Source: Bacteroidales bacterium (GTDB taxonomy: Bacteria > Bacteroidota > Bacteroidia > Bacteroidales > B18-G4). Taken from it: a stretch of 43,786 bases of DNA. The stretch lies in NCBI GenBank assembly GCA_030606625.1, contig JAUWGC010000002.1, positions 1-43,786 on the forward strand. Reading direction: 5' to 3'. Positions 33,294 to 41,311 of this stretch are shown piece after piece. Each line of letters opens with the position of its first letter. Position 1 is the stretch's first letter. The notes under the pieces were generated by a model. The model saw only the letters and a program-made list of their open reading frames with translations. It made no database searches and was not told the origin of the DNA. A program made the position numbers and the translations under genes.

Positions 33294-34126
33294 TTTTTAT
33301 TTTTTTCTGCCATTGACAACAGGTCTGGCTGTTTATCCAAAAAGGTTGGTTTGTCTATATCAATGAATTTTCCCACAACTATTTTTCCATTCAGGTCTAA
33401 ATCAGTATCTTTAGGATCGATACCGTGACTGATCACGCTGTTTTTCTGGTAATATTTCATTTCTTCGAGTCCGTCTCCGAGTTTATTTCTTCTCCCATAA
33501 CTGGTAGGACATGGGGAGATTATTTCAATAAATGTGAATCCTTTCTTAAGTAATGCTTCTTTGATAGATTTGGTCAGACGTCTGACATGTAAGCTTGTCC
33601 ACCTGGCCACAAAAACAGCTCCACTACCTGCAGCAACATGTACCAGGTTGAACGGATGTTCATAATTACCATATGGAGAAGTTGTTGTAATGGCGTCGAG
33701 TGGAGTGGTAGGACCATACTGGCCACCTGTCATACCATAATTGAAATTGTTTACACAAATAATATTGATATCTACGTTTCTCCTTGCAGCATGGATAAAG
33801 TGGTTACCGCCTATTGCGAACAAATCTCCGTCGCCACTAAATACCGTGACTGTCAGTTCCGGATTTGCTAATTTCAAACCAGTGGCAAATGGGATGGCTC
33901 GTCCGTGTGTGGTATGATAGGAATCGATATTAGTATACCCAGGTATTCTTCCGGTACAACCGATACCAGAGACAATGACACATTTGTCTGTGTCCAGTCC
34001 TGACTGGTCAAGGGCTGACAGAAAACATGAAAAATTGGTCCCTAATCCGCATCCTGAGCACCAGATATGTGGCATCCTATCAGCCCGGATAAGCTTATCC
34101 ATGGGATGTATGTCATTCCGGCTCAT
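33290..34126 (-). CDS. 2-oxoacid:ferredoxin oxidoreductase, beta (TPP-binding) subunit
   Basis: Motifs WCSGCG, GIGCTG and the TPP motif GDGDLFAIGGNHFIHAARRN...NNFNYGMTGGQ. Confidence 0.85.
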   Translation of the reverse strand: MSRNDIHPMDKLIRADRMPHIWCSGCGLGTNFSCFLSALDQSGLDTDKCVIVSGIGCTGRIPGYTNIDSYHTTHGRAIPFATGLKLANPELTVTVFSGDGDLFAIGGNHFIHAARRNVDINIICVNNFNYGMTGGQYGPTTPLDAITTTSPYGNYEHPFNLVHVAAGSGAVFVARWTSLHVRRLTKSIKEALLKKGFTFIEIISPCPTSYGRRNKLGDGLEEMKYYQKNSVISHGIDPKDTDLDLNGKIVVGKFIDIDKPTFLDKQPDLLSMAEKNKK

Positions 34127-35277
34127 GTGTTATTAACCTCCTTAATTACATTTAAAATTTCATATGGTGTATGTATCCTGGCAAGTTTTGGCAGAGAAAT
34201 TATCTCACACCGGCTCTTAGAACAACGTTCCACTTCACGTACAATTTGCCCTTTATTTATTTCCGGAACTATAATTGCCCTTGCTTTTGTTGCTAATTCA
34301 AGTATCTTTTCTTCAGGGAACGGCCAGACGGTTATAATCCGTATAAGTCCGGCCTTGATTCCTTCTTTTCGCGCTAATCTGATGGCTCTTAGTGCTGATC
34401 TTGCCGGAGAGCCATATGCTGCCACTATGATTTCAGCATCATCCAGCTCGCTCACTTCAAACTCAATAATATCATCTTTGTTTTTCCGGATTTTATCACA
34501 AAGTCTTGTAATTAGTTTTTCCTCCGCTTCAGCACTCATATCCGGATAACCTTTCTCATCATGGGTCAGTCCTGTAGCAATGACTTTGTACCCTTCACCG
34601 GCATTGGCCATACAGGGTACCAGGTCTTTTTCAGGCCTGTACATTAAATACTTATCAGGACCTCTCTTGGGCTTTTTCCTGTTAACAATATGAATATCTC
34701 CTTTTTTAGGGATGACAACCTTTTCTGTCATATGTCCCACGATCTCATCGGACATGATCAATACCGGGAGGCGATATTTTTCAGAAAGATTAAATGCTTT
34801 TATTGTATAATCGAACATTTCCTGAGGAGAGCTTGGCGTAAGCGCAATCACTTCGTAATCACCATGAGAGCCCCATCTGGCCTGCATCATATCCTGCTGC
34901 CCAACCATTGTCGGCAATCCGGTGCTGGGCCCTCCTCTCTGGATGTTCACCAGAACACAGGGGATCTCCATCATAATTCCCAGTCCGAAATTTTCCATCA
35001 TCAGGCTAAATCCTGGTCCCGATGTCGCGGTCATTGATTTTACGCCGGCACAGGAAGCTCCCAGAATTGCATTCATGGATGCCAGTTCATCTTCCATTTG
35101 AATGAATATACCTCCTACCTGGGGCATCCTTCTTGATAATGCTTCAGATATTTCAGTGGCGGGTGTGATTGGATAACCGGCAAAGAAACGGCAACCGGCG
35201 GCTATTGCACCCTCGGCGCAGGCAAAATCACCATTCATAAAATGTTCTCCGGTTAAAACCGGTAGTTTAATTTTCAT
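34123..35277 (-). CDS. 2-oxoacid:ferredoxin oxidoreductase, alpha subunit
   Basis: NGDFACAEGAIAAGCRFFAGYPITPATEI is typical of KorA/PorA/VorA alpha subunits. The likely start is the ATG at 35277 (MKIKLPVLTG); the ORF extends to 35352 across the delta gene. Confidence 0.85.
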   Translation of the reverse strand: MKIKLPVLTGEHFMNGDFACAEGAIAAGCRFFAGYPITPATEISEALSRRMPQVGGIFIQMEDELASMNAILGASCAGVKSMTATSGPGFSLMMENFGLGIMMEIPCVLVNIQRGGPSTGLPTMVGQQDMMQARWGSHGDYEVIALTPSSPQEMFDYTIKAFNLSEKYRLPVLIMSDEIVGHMTEKVVIPKKGDIHIVNRKKPKRGPDKYLMYRPEKDLVPCMANAGEGYKVIATGLTHDEKGYPDMSAEAEEKLITRLCDKIRKNKDDIIEFEVSELDDAEIIVAAYGSPARSALRAIRLARKEGIKAGLIRIITVWPFPEEKILELATKARAIIVPEINKGQIVREVERCSKSRCEIISLPKLARIHTPYEILNVIKEVNNT

Positions 35278-35560
35278 GTGGATCTTCTTTTGGTATTGTT
35301 TCTTGCTTGTCTTCAGTAACATAAATAGCAAACTCCGGACAGATAAGTTCACATAATTTACATGCTACACATCCAGCCGGATCTTTTACCTGAGGTGGAT
35401 GATATCCTTTAGCATTAAATTCATCTGAAACTTCCAGCACTTTATTTGAACAAAACTCAATACAAAAATTACAACCTTTACAACGATCTTTTATGATGTG
35501 TATGGTGCCATGAGGAATCTTATACCTGTCAATATCCAGGGGTTTACGCCAGTAGTCCAT
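35267..35560 (-). CDS. 2-oxoacid:ferredoxin oxidoreductase, delta (2x[4Fe-4S] ferredoxin) subunit
   Basis: Motifs CKGCNFCIEFCS and CVACKLCELICP. The likely start is MDYWRKPLDIDRY at 35560; a GTG at 35590 is the alternative. Confidence 0.75.
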   Translation of the reverse strand: MDYWRKPLDIDRYKIPHGTIHIIKDRCKGCNFCIEFCSNKVLEVSDEFNAKGYHPPQVKDPAGCVACKLCELICPEFAIYVTEDKQETIPKEDPHEN

Positions 35561-35681
35561 ACCAGTAGTCCATAACAATACAAATTGCACCTGTTTTTTA
35601 GGCTATAAATGACTTCCCTTATATACTTAAAAATTCAGATGCATTAAAGTGGCACTAAAAATAACACGAAAGTTCAATAAA

Positions 35682-35704
35682 TCAAATATTTTTAATAAAT
35701 ATTT
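35682..35704. promoter_or_regulatory. AT-rich palindrome CAAATATTT-ttaat-AAATATTTG upstream of the kor-hdr operon
   Basis: It has 9-bp perfect arms and lies about 120 nt upstream of the ATG at 35560. The composition is low-complexity, so a chance occurrence is possible. Confidence 0.2.
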
Positions 35705-35821
35705 GTATTTTAAAATGCTATTTTGGTCAAATGGGGTGACGAAAAGACTTCAGTAGCATGGTTTATACCCCCTTAAAGCAATAATACCCTGCAGTAAGGC
35801 CGCATATTGCTCTTTTTAACC

Positions 35822-37876
35822 TCATCTGATCAGCAATACTTTCTGGTTATTGATCCGGTTACCTGAACACAGACGAATGAAATAAACACCATTTGGCAAT
35901 ACGAGATTCTGCTCATTAACTCCATCCCAAGTGATGAGGTGCTTACCTGCAATCATTTGCTTATCCAAGAGAGTAAAGATCTTTTGCCCGTTCAGGTTAT
36001 ACACTTCGATCAAAACACGGTCAGTTTGCTCTAATGAAAAACAAATGTTGGTACTGGTATTAAACGGATTGGGATAAACGGTAAAGTCTCTGACTCTGCG
36101 AGAGAAGGCCTGATCATTAATACTGGAGATCAGCAAACTATCAACCAGTAGAAAGACATTATGTGTTTGCACATCGGTCTCAACAAACAATGTATCTTCC
36201 AGGTACCCTTCAATACTTTCGACAGGCAAGCCCACTACCACAGTCAATATCAGTGAATCACCCGGATACATCAGGTAAGGAAGGGTTATGGTCCAGGGAT
36301 CTATTAACCAGTAAAACTGATCATCTCCTTCAGGATTGATGTAGTTGATATAAACATTGGAGTCGCTTTCATTCCTGATGATCACATCCTGTCCAAGAAT
36401 AGCCTGTTGAGGTTCGTCATAGATAAGCGTATCGGGCCAGACCGTAACATCGGGAAGCGGATAGATCACATTGAAAACATGCGGGTCAGGAGGTCCTATG
36501 TAAGGATGATCCATGCTTCTGCCCGACTCATCAGCCGCATGGAGATAATATGCCATTTCCGAGCCTTCGGGCTGTCCGGGTATACTGCCGGAATAAGTAT
36601 GATCCTCAATAAAAAAAAGAGGAACGGAATAATAAATTCCTCCATCAACACTGTAATAGATCAACAGTGAATCTGAGTACAAGGGTTCCTGGCTGTATGG
36701 AATGATCTCAGCAGTGATCTCAAATTCATCAGCCTGGTGAATATCTCCCAGTAATGGAATATGCCTGATATAAAGCATGCCTAAATCGGCAATACCTTTG
36801 GTACGGCAATGTAATGCATCCGTATTTGCCCAGCTACCAGACATTATACCAAAAATTTCATAACCCGGCATAGCTTCCTCATAAACGTCCAATGCAGCAT
36901 TATCATGCGGACTGCCTGTAATGGGAACAAACACTTTCTTATTCAGGATCAATGAATTTGTATAAGGAGTATAATGGTAATTTCCCGGGGTATAAACTCT
37001 AAAAACCTGGTAAGGTACACTATAAGAACTGATTTGTTCTGCGAAGTAATCGGCAACATATTCAAAGTCATCATACCTTGGATCTGACACAGGAACCTCC
37101 CCGATTAAAACTTTATCAACATCCAGGAACTTCCCCCAGCAATCGATATGTTTTATATATTCACCCAACGGGTCAGGAAGTACATGGTAAGTTTCAATAC
37201 CCAGGTAATTATGTACAAGATTATTGATCTGGATATGTGAAAGTGTGGGGTTTTCTTCCCATACAAGGATAGTTGAGGCAGCTATACCCATTCCATCACA
37301 CATATAATTACCACCGGTATGGATGAGGTTCATTCCGTAAAGCTCAATGTCCAGGTATTCTGCAACCATGATTGGAATATCGTCATCATCGGGACGGGGG
37401 CGGTTGTATGGGAAATTGCAAATACCCACTTCGTTATTGCCATCCACAACAAACCAGGGACCATAATCCCTTGTCCAATGTGTATCGGTTGGTGCATGTA
37501 AAAATTCACAATGGTCCAGGTTCACACCAGCAGCCTGGTACATTGAAATAACCGTATTTTCCTGTGACTGGTTTAAAACAATTGTCAGAACATTACAATC
37601 TTCAGCCATTTCTGCAATAAGGCTAATAGGAATACCAAACGGATAACGAATCAGTATACTCTGCATATGTTCAAATTCGGCAACTTGCCGTACCGGCCAT
37701 GATGGAGGCAACGTGGGATAAAAGTCCTTTCCGATCTCATGTCTTCGCAGTTCCTCCTCAGGGGTCATATGATGTGTCAGCTTGCCCTGTGAGGGACGAT
37801 CATTCTCCTGAGCAAAAGAAACTGTAATAAAAAAGAAACTGTATACAACAAAGATCAGCCTTGTAATATTAATCAT
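35822..37876 (-). CDS. Secreted agmatine deiminase / Porphyromonas-type peptidylarginine deiminase family protein (PAD_porph-like) with Ig-like domains and a T9SS type A CTD
   Basis: It has a signal peptide. Family motifs present: HWTRDYGPWFV, FPYNRPRPDDD, GGNYMCDGMG, HIDCWGKFL and TDALHCRTK (catalytic Cys context). The CTD reads TVYPNPFNTSTNICF...VYNLNGQ...GVYFIRL. Confidence 0.75.
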   Translation of the reverse strand: MINITRLIFVVYSFFFITVSFAQENDRPSQGKLTHHMTPEEELRRHEIGKDFYPTLPPSWPVRQVAEFEHMQSILIRYPFGIPISLIAEMAEDCNVLTIVLNQSQENTVISMYQAAGVNLDHCEFLHAPTDTHWTRDYGPWFVVDGNNEVGICNFPYNRPRPDDDDIPIMVAEYLDIELYGMNLIHTGGNYMCDGMGIAASTILVWEENPTLSHIQINNLVHNYLGIETYHVLPDPLGEYIKHIDCWGKFLDVDKVLIGEVPVSDPRYDDFEYVADYFAEQISSYSVPYQVFRVYTPGNYHYTPYTNSLILNKKVFVPITGSPHDNAALDVYEEAMPGYEIFGIMSGSWANTDALHCRTKGIADLGMLYIRHIPLLGDIHQADEFEITAEIIPYSQEPLYSDSLLIYYSVDGGIYYSVPLFFIEDHTYSGSIPGQPEGSEMAYYLHAADESGRSMDHPYIGPPDPHVFNVIYPLPDVTVWPDTLIYDEPQQAILGQDVIIRNESDSNVYINYINPEGDDQFYWLIDPWTITLPYLMYPGDSLILTVVVGLPVESIEGYLEDTLFVETDVQTHNVFLLVDSLLISSINDQAFSRRVRDFTVYPNPFNTSTNICFSLEQTDRVLIEVYNLNGQKIFTLLDKQMIAGKHLITWDGVNEQNLVLPNGVYFIRLCSGNRINNQKVLLIR

Positions 37877-38013
37877 GATAAAAAGTTTTGTTTTTCACAT
37901 GACAATAGTATTAAAAAAAAAGTTGCATTACAATAATTTATTAAATCCATTAGTCAGTCTCGAATTTACTATTAATTTCTGTCCTTTCATTAAGTCAAAG
38001 ATGAGATTATTAT

Positions 38014-38021
38014 TATATTTG
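38014..38021 (+). promoter_or_regulatory. Bacteroidota -7 promoter motif TAnnTTTG (TATATTTG) upstream of tatA
   Basis: This is a motif match 27 nt upstream of the ATG at 38048. Confidence 0.4.
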
Positions 38022-38047
38022 CATAAGAAACACTAAAACCGGTCAAC

Positions 38048-38263
38048 ATGAATTTATCTATTTTACTAGGTATAATAGGGCCCTGGCAGATCATACTGAT
38101 CATCGTGATCGTGCTTCTTCTATTCGGCGGTAAGAAGATCCCCGAACTCATGCGAGGCATCGGCAAAGGAACCAGGGAATTCAAGAAAGGAATGTCAGGG
38201 GAAGACGATGACGAAAAGGATAAAAAAGACAAAAATGATCAGATAAAAAGTAGTAATTCTTAA
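38048..38263 (+). CDS. tatA: Twin-arginine translocase subunit TatA/E
   Basis: 71 aa: one TM helix (GPWQIILIIVIVLLLFG), then GKKIPELMRGIGKGTREFKKG, an amphipathic helix and an acidic tail. Confidence 0.85.
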   Translation: MNLSILLGIIGPWQIILIIVIVLLLFGGKKIPELMRGIGKGTREFKKGMSGEDDDEKDKKDKNDQIKSSNS

Positions 38264-38298
38264 TGCTACCCTTTCCTTATAAGTCATTTCCTGATATT

Positions 38299-39162
38299 TC
38301 ACTGTATTGGAACATAAATCTCCGTCAGTAGTTTTTCCGGTTTGGTTTTCCCGGGATCATTCCTGTATAATTCAAATGGCGGCAAATCCCGTAATTCATA
38401 GCCGCTTTCGGGCAACCACCTGCGGTATATCTCATCATAGGTTTCCTGAAACTGACTGTAAGGACCAAAATGTTTGAATATAGCATATCGGCCTCCCTCA
38501 ATTGTTTTTACCCCAACTTCACCCTGTGCTTGAATATCCTTAGTAACAGTAAAACATGCATCATACCGAAGCTTTTCTGTCTCAGTGATATTGGGGTCAT
38601 TATGGCTTATGCCGATCGCTTCTGTCTTGAAACCAAACAGTTTGTTTTCTTTGAAAAAGGCACTTAATTTTTCCCAGGTTGGACCAACATCGTTGTAATC
38701 CCCAATAGCCTGAATATAGGCCACCTTTTTGGGCTTCATTGTTTTAATTTGTGGTTTTGACTTCATTTCAGTATATTTTAAATTAAACAATCTATGATCT
38801 TTATGCATTTTCTGATTGCCATTCCTGTTCCTGAATTCACTTGGTGAGATATTGAACTTTTTCCTGAATGCCTTGGTGAAAGACGAAGGAGTTTCATAAC
38901 CAATCTTGAAGGCAATTTCATTTATAGAAAGATCCGTAAACTGCAATAGACTGGCAGCCGTTTCAAGCCGCAACCGGCTGATATACGAACCAATGGATTC
39001 GTGAAGATAAGCCCGCATGATCCGGTGAAAATGAAAGGCTGAAAAATTAGATACAGATGCCAAAGCCTCGAGATCAAGTTTTTCACCTAAATGATTATCA
39101 ATGTAAATCAACACCTTGTTGATCCTTTCATGATAATCGGTAATGGTTTCTTTACTTTGCAT
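38299..39162 (-). CDS. AraC-family transcriptional regulator with a C-terminal GyrI-like effector-binding domain (Rob/SoxS-like layout)
   Basis: The N-terminal double HTH includes FSAFHFHRIMRAYLHESIGSYISRLRLETAASLL...INEIAFKIGYETPSSFTKAFRKKFNISPSEFR. The C-terminal 150 aa are GyrI-like (...GGRYAIFKHFGPY...). Confidence 0.8.
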   Translation of the reverse strand: MQSKETITDYHERINKVLIYIDNHLGEKLDLEALASVSNFSAFHFHRIMRAYLHESIGSYISRLRLETAASLLQFTDLSINEIAFKIGYETPSSFTKAFRKKFNISPSEFRNRNGNQKMHKDHRLFNLKYTEMKSKPQIKTMKPKKVAYIQAIGDYNDVGPTWEKLSAFFKENKLFGFKTEAIGISHNDPNITETEKLRYDACFTVTKDIQAQGEVGVKTIEGGRYAIFKHFGPYSQFQETYDEIYRRWLPESGYELRDLPPFELYRNDPGKTKPEKLLTEIYVPIQ

Positions 39163-39253
39163 AAATGAATATTTTTTACAATAATAGATACACTTTTTCT
39201 AATATAGTTATCCATTCTTGCGAAATATACAATTTCTATTTATTTAATTGTAT

Positions 39254-39342
39254 CCGCTAACGCGCGTCTATGACGCGTGTTTATTTTCTGCTCGCTTGAA
39301 ACGAGCAGGAAGAACTCACGCGTTACAAACGCGCGATAGCGG
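39254..39342. other. 89-nt GC-rich imperfect long hairpin (possible sRNA, attenuator or REP/MITE-like element)
   Basis: The left arm is ccgcta-a-cgcgcgt-ctatg-acgcgtg-tttatttt-ctgctcg. The loop is cttgaaa. The right arm is cgagcag-gaagaact-cacgcgt-tacaa-acgcgcg-a-tagcgg. Four perfectly paired blocks (6, 7, 7 and 7 bp) are separated by symmetric internal loops. The element is embedded in AT-rich intergenic DNA. Confidence 0.6.
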
Positions 39343-39425
39343 GGCGTTTGAGTCGAAGTTCAAGGCTCAAATATTATATGTGCTTATCAAAAAAGCCAAT
39401 GATTTGATCAGAACACAAAAAATAA

Positions 39426-39433
39426 TACATTTG
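39426..39433 (+). promoter_or_regulatory. Bacteroidota -7 promoter motif TAnnTTTG (TACATTTG) upstream of the MltD-like gene
   Basis: This is a motif match 65 nt upstream of the ATG at 39498. Its position argues against the TTG at 39444 being the real start. Confidence 0.35.
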
Positions 39434-39497
39434 CACTCTGTTTTTGCAACAAAAATTGTTAGAACCAAGTTATACTAAAAATAAACCAAAGATAAGT

Positions 39498-41255
39498 ATG
39501 AGAAGTCCGGATTCTAAAGCTGCTATATTTACTGTTATTATATTATTTCTTGTTTTACAAGCACCTGGATCGAAAATAAGCCTTGTAAAAGATATCATTA
39601 AAAAAAATGATGCCACATTCCGGATAAGTAAAATACCGGATACAAGCTCAGCTTTCGTAACTGATACAAACCATCTTGGCCAGGTTATCATCAAGGATTC
39701 CCCGATTATTGCCAATCTCGACAGCCTGGTACATATCAAATACTTCGGGGACTATCAATATAGCACGGATACTCAAATGCCGGACAAAAACAATTTTCCA
39801 GCCGGTTATATCCCACAATATGATGATTCGGTTTACCGGCAACGCATCGAAGCATTGAACCAGGAAACTCCCATAGAGCTGGTTTTCAATAGGCAAGTGA
39901 AAAATTTTATCAATCTGTATGCTGGTAAAAAACGAGAATTGACTTCAAGGATCCTGGGCCTTGCACAGATCTATTTCCCTATGTTTGAAGAGCAACTTGA
40001 CAAGCACGATCTTCCGCTGGAATTGAAATATCTTGCTGTTGTCGAATCGGCGTTGAATCCAACAGCGGGTTCAAGGGCCGGCGCAAAAGGAATATGGCAA
40101 TTCATGTATTATACAGGCAAGGTTTACGGCCTTAAAGTTACTTCCTATGTTGACGAACGTTATGATCCCTGGAAATCCACTATTGCTGCATGTGAACACC
40201 TGCAGGACCTTTATGATATATATGATAACTGGTCACTGGCCATGGCAGCATACAACTCAGGGGCAGGCAATGTCAATAAAGCTATTCGCCGGGCCGGAGG
40301 AGTGAAGAATTACTGGGCTATCTGGCCGTATCTTCCCAGGGAAACCAGGGGATATGTCCCTGCATTTATTGCTGTAACCTATGTGATGAATTATACAGCA
40401 GAACATAATCTATACCCGGTTGACCCCGGTATCCTTTACAATGGCATTGACACCGTGACAGTACATGATGTCCTGTCTTTTGACCAATTGAATGAGATGT
40501 TTGGCATTCCCATGGAGGACATCAGGTTCCTTAATCCATCTTTCAAAAAGGGGGTAATTCCGGTAGCAAAAGATAAAAACTATGTTCTGTGGCTTCCTAA
40601 AACACATATAGGTGATTATATCAACAACGAAAAGGAACTCTATACCTATAAAACTAAGAAAGGTATAAAACGTGAAAAACTTCTTGCTGATATCAAGAAA
40701 GCACAGGAAAGGACTATACATATTGTAAGAAACGGAGAGAACCTCGGGTTGATTGCCCAAAAATACCATTGTTATGTGAACCAGTTAAAGGTATGGAACA
40801 ATATGAGAGGAACTCTTATTCATCCCGGCCAAAGGCTGATCGTTTATCCATCGGCCAAATACAGTCCCAGGCAGACTTCCAGCCAACCCAGAAGCACCAA
40901 AGGCTTAAGCAAGAATTACCATATCGTGAAATATGGTGAAAACCTTGGGCTTTTAGCTAACAGATATCATTGCACTACCAAAGACCTTAAAGGTTGGAAT
41001 AATCTGAAGGGCAATACTATCTTTCCGAACCAAAAACTGATCGTATACCGGCCAAAAGAAGCATCAACTGTCAGAAACGGAACAGGTTCATCAAGTTATA
41101 TATACCATACCGTGAGAAAAGGTGATACCCTTTGGGATATTGCCAAAGAGTATGATGGTGCAACAGTCAGCCAGATCAAAAAATTGAACAACATCACCAA
41201 CGCAAGAAAGCTAAGGCCCGGCCAAAAGATAAAAGTGGGAATCAGCAATTCATAA
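39498..41255 (+). CDS. Membrane-bound lytic murein transglycosylase D-like protein (SLT domain plus three LysM domains)
   Basis: The SLT motifs are LAVVESALNPTAGSRAGAKGIWQFM and AAYNSGAGNV. There are three LysM repeats (HIVRNGENLGLIAQKY..., HIVKYGENLGLLANRY..., HTVRKGDTLWDIAKEY...). The start is taken at MRSPDSKAAIFTVIILF. Confidence 0.85.
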   Translation: MRSPDSKAAIFTVIILFLVLQAPGSKISLVKDIIKKNDATFRISKIPDTSSAFVTDTNHLGQVIIKDSPIIANLDSLVHIKYFGDYQYSTDTQMPDKNNFPAGYIPQYDDSVYRQRIEALNQETPIELVFNRQVKNFINLYAGKKRELTSRILGLAQIYFPMFEEQLDKHDLPLELKYLAVVESALNPTAGSRAGAKGIWQFMYYTGKVYGLKVTSYVDERYDPWKSTIAACEHLQDLYDIYDNWSLAMAAYNSGAGNVNKAIRRAGGVKNYWAIWPYLPRETRGYVPAFIAVTYVMNYTAEHNLYPVDPGILYNGIDTVTVHDVLSFDQLNEMFGIPMEDIRFLNPSFKKGVIPVAKDKNYVLWLPKTHIGDYINNEKELYTYKTKKGIKREKLLADIKKAQERTIHIVRNGENLGLIAQKYHCYVNQLKVWNNMRGTLIHPGQRLIVYPSAKYSPRQTSSQPRSTKGLSKNYHIVKYGENLGLLANRYHCTTKDLKGWNNLKGNTIFPNQKLIVYRPKEASTVRNGTGSSSYIYHTVRKGDTLWDIAKEYDGATVSQIKKLNNITNARKLRPGQKIKVGISNS

Positions 41256-41311
41256 GCAAAATATATTTGTTCAATCATTCGGTTCATTAATAGAATTATA
41301 TTACCTGAATC

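Noticed and set aside
39248-39478. The 76-aa ORF MYPLTRVYDACLFSARLKRAGRTHALQTRD...
   Set aside because: It is generated by the GC-rich long hairpin at 39254-39342, which gives Arg/Ala-rich translation of palindromic DNA. It runs through the likely promoter of the MltD-like gene.
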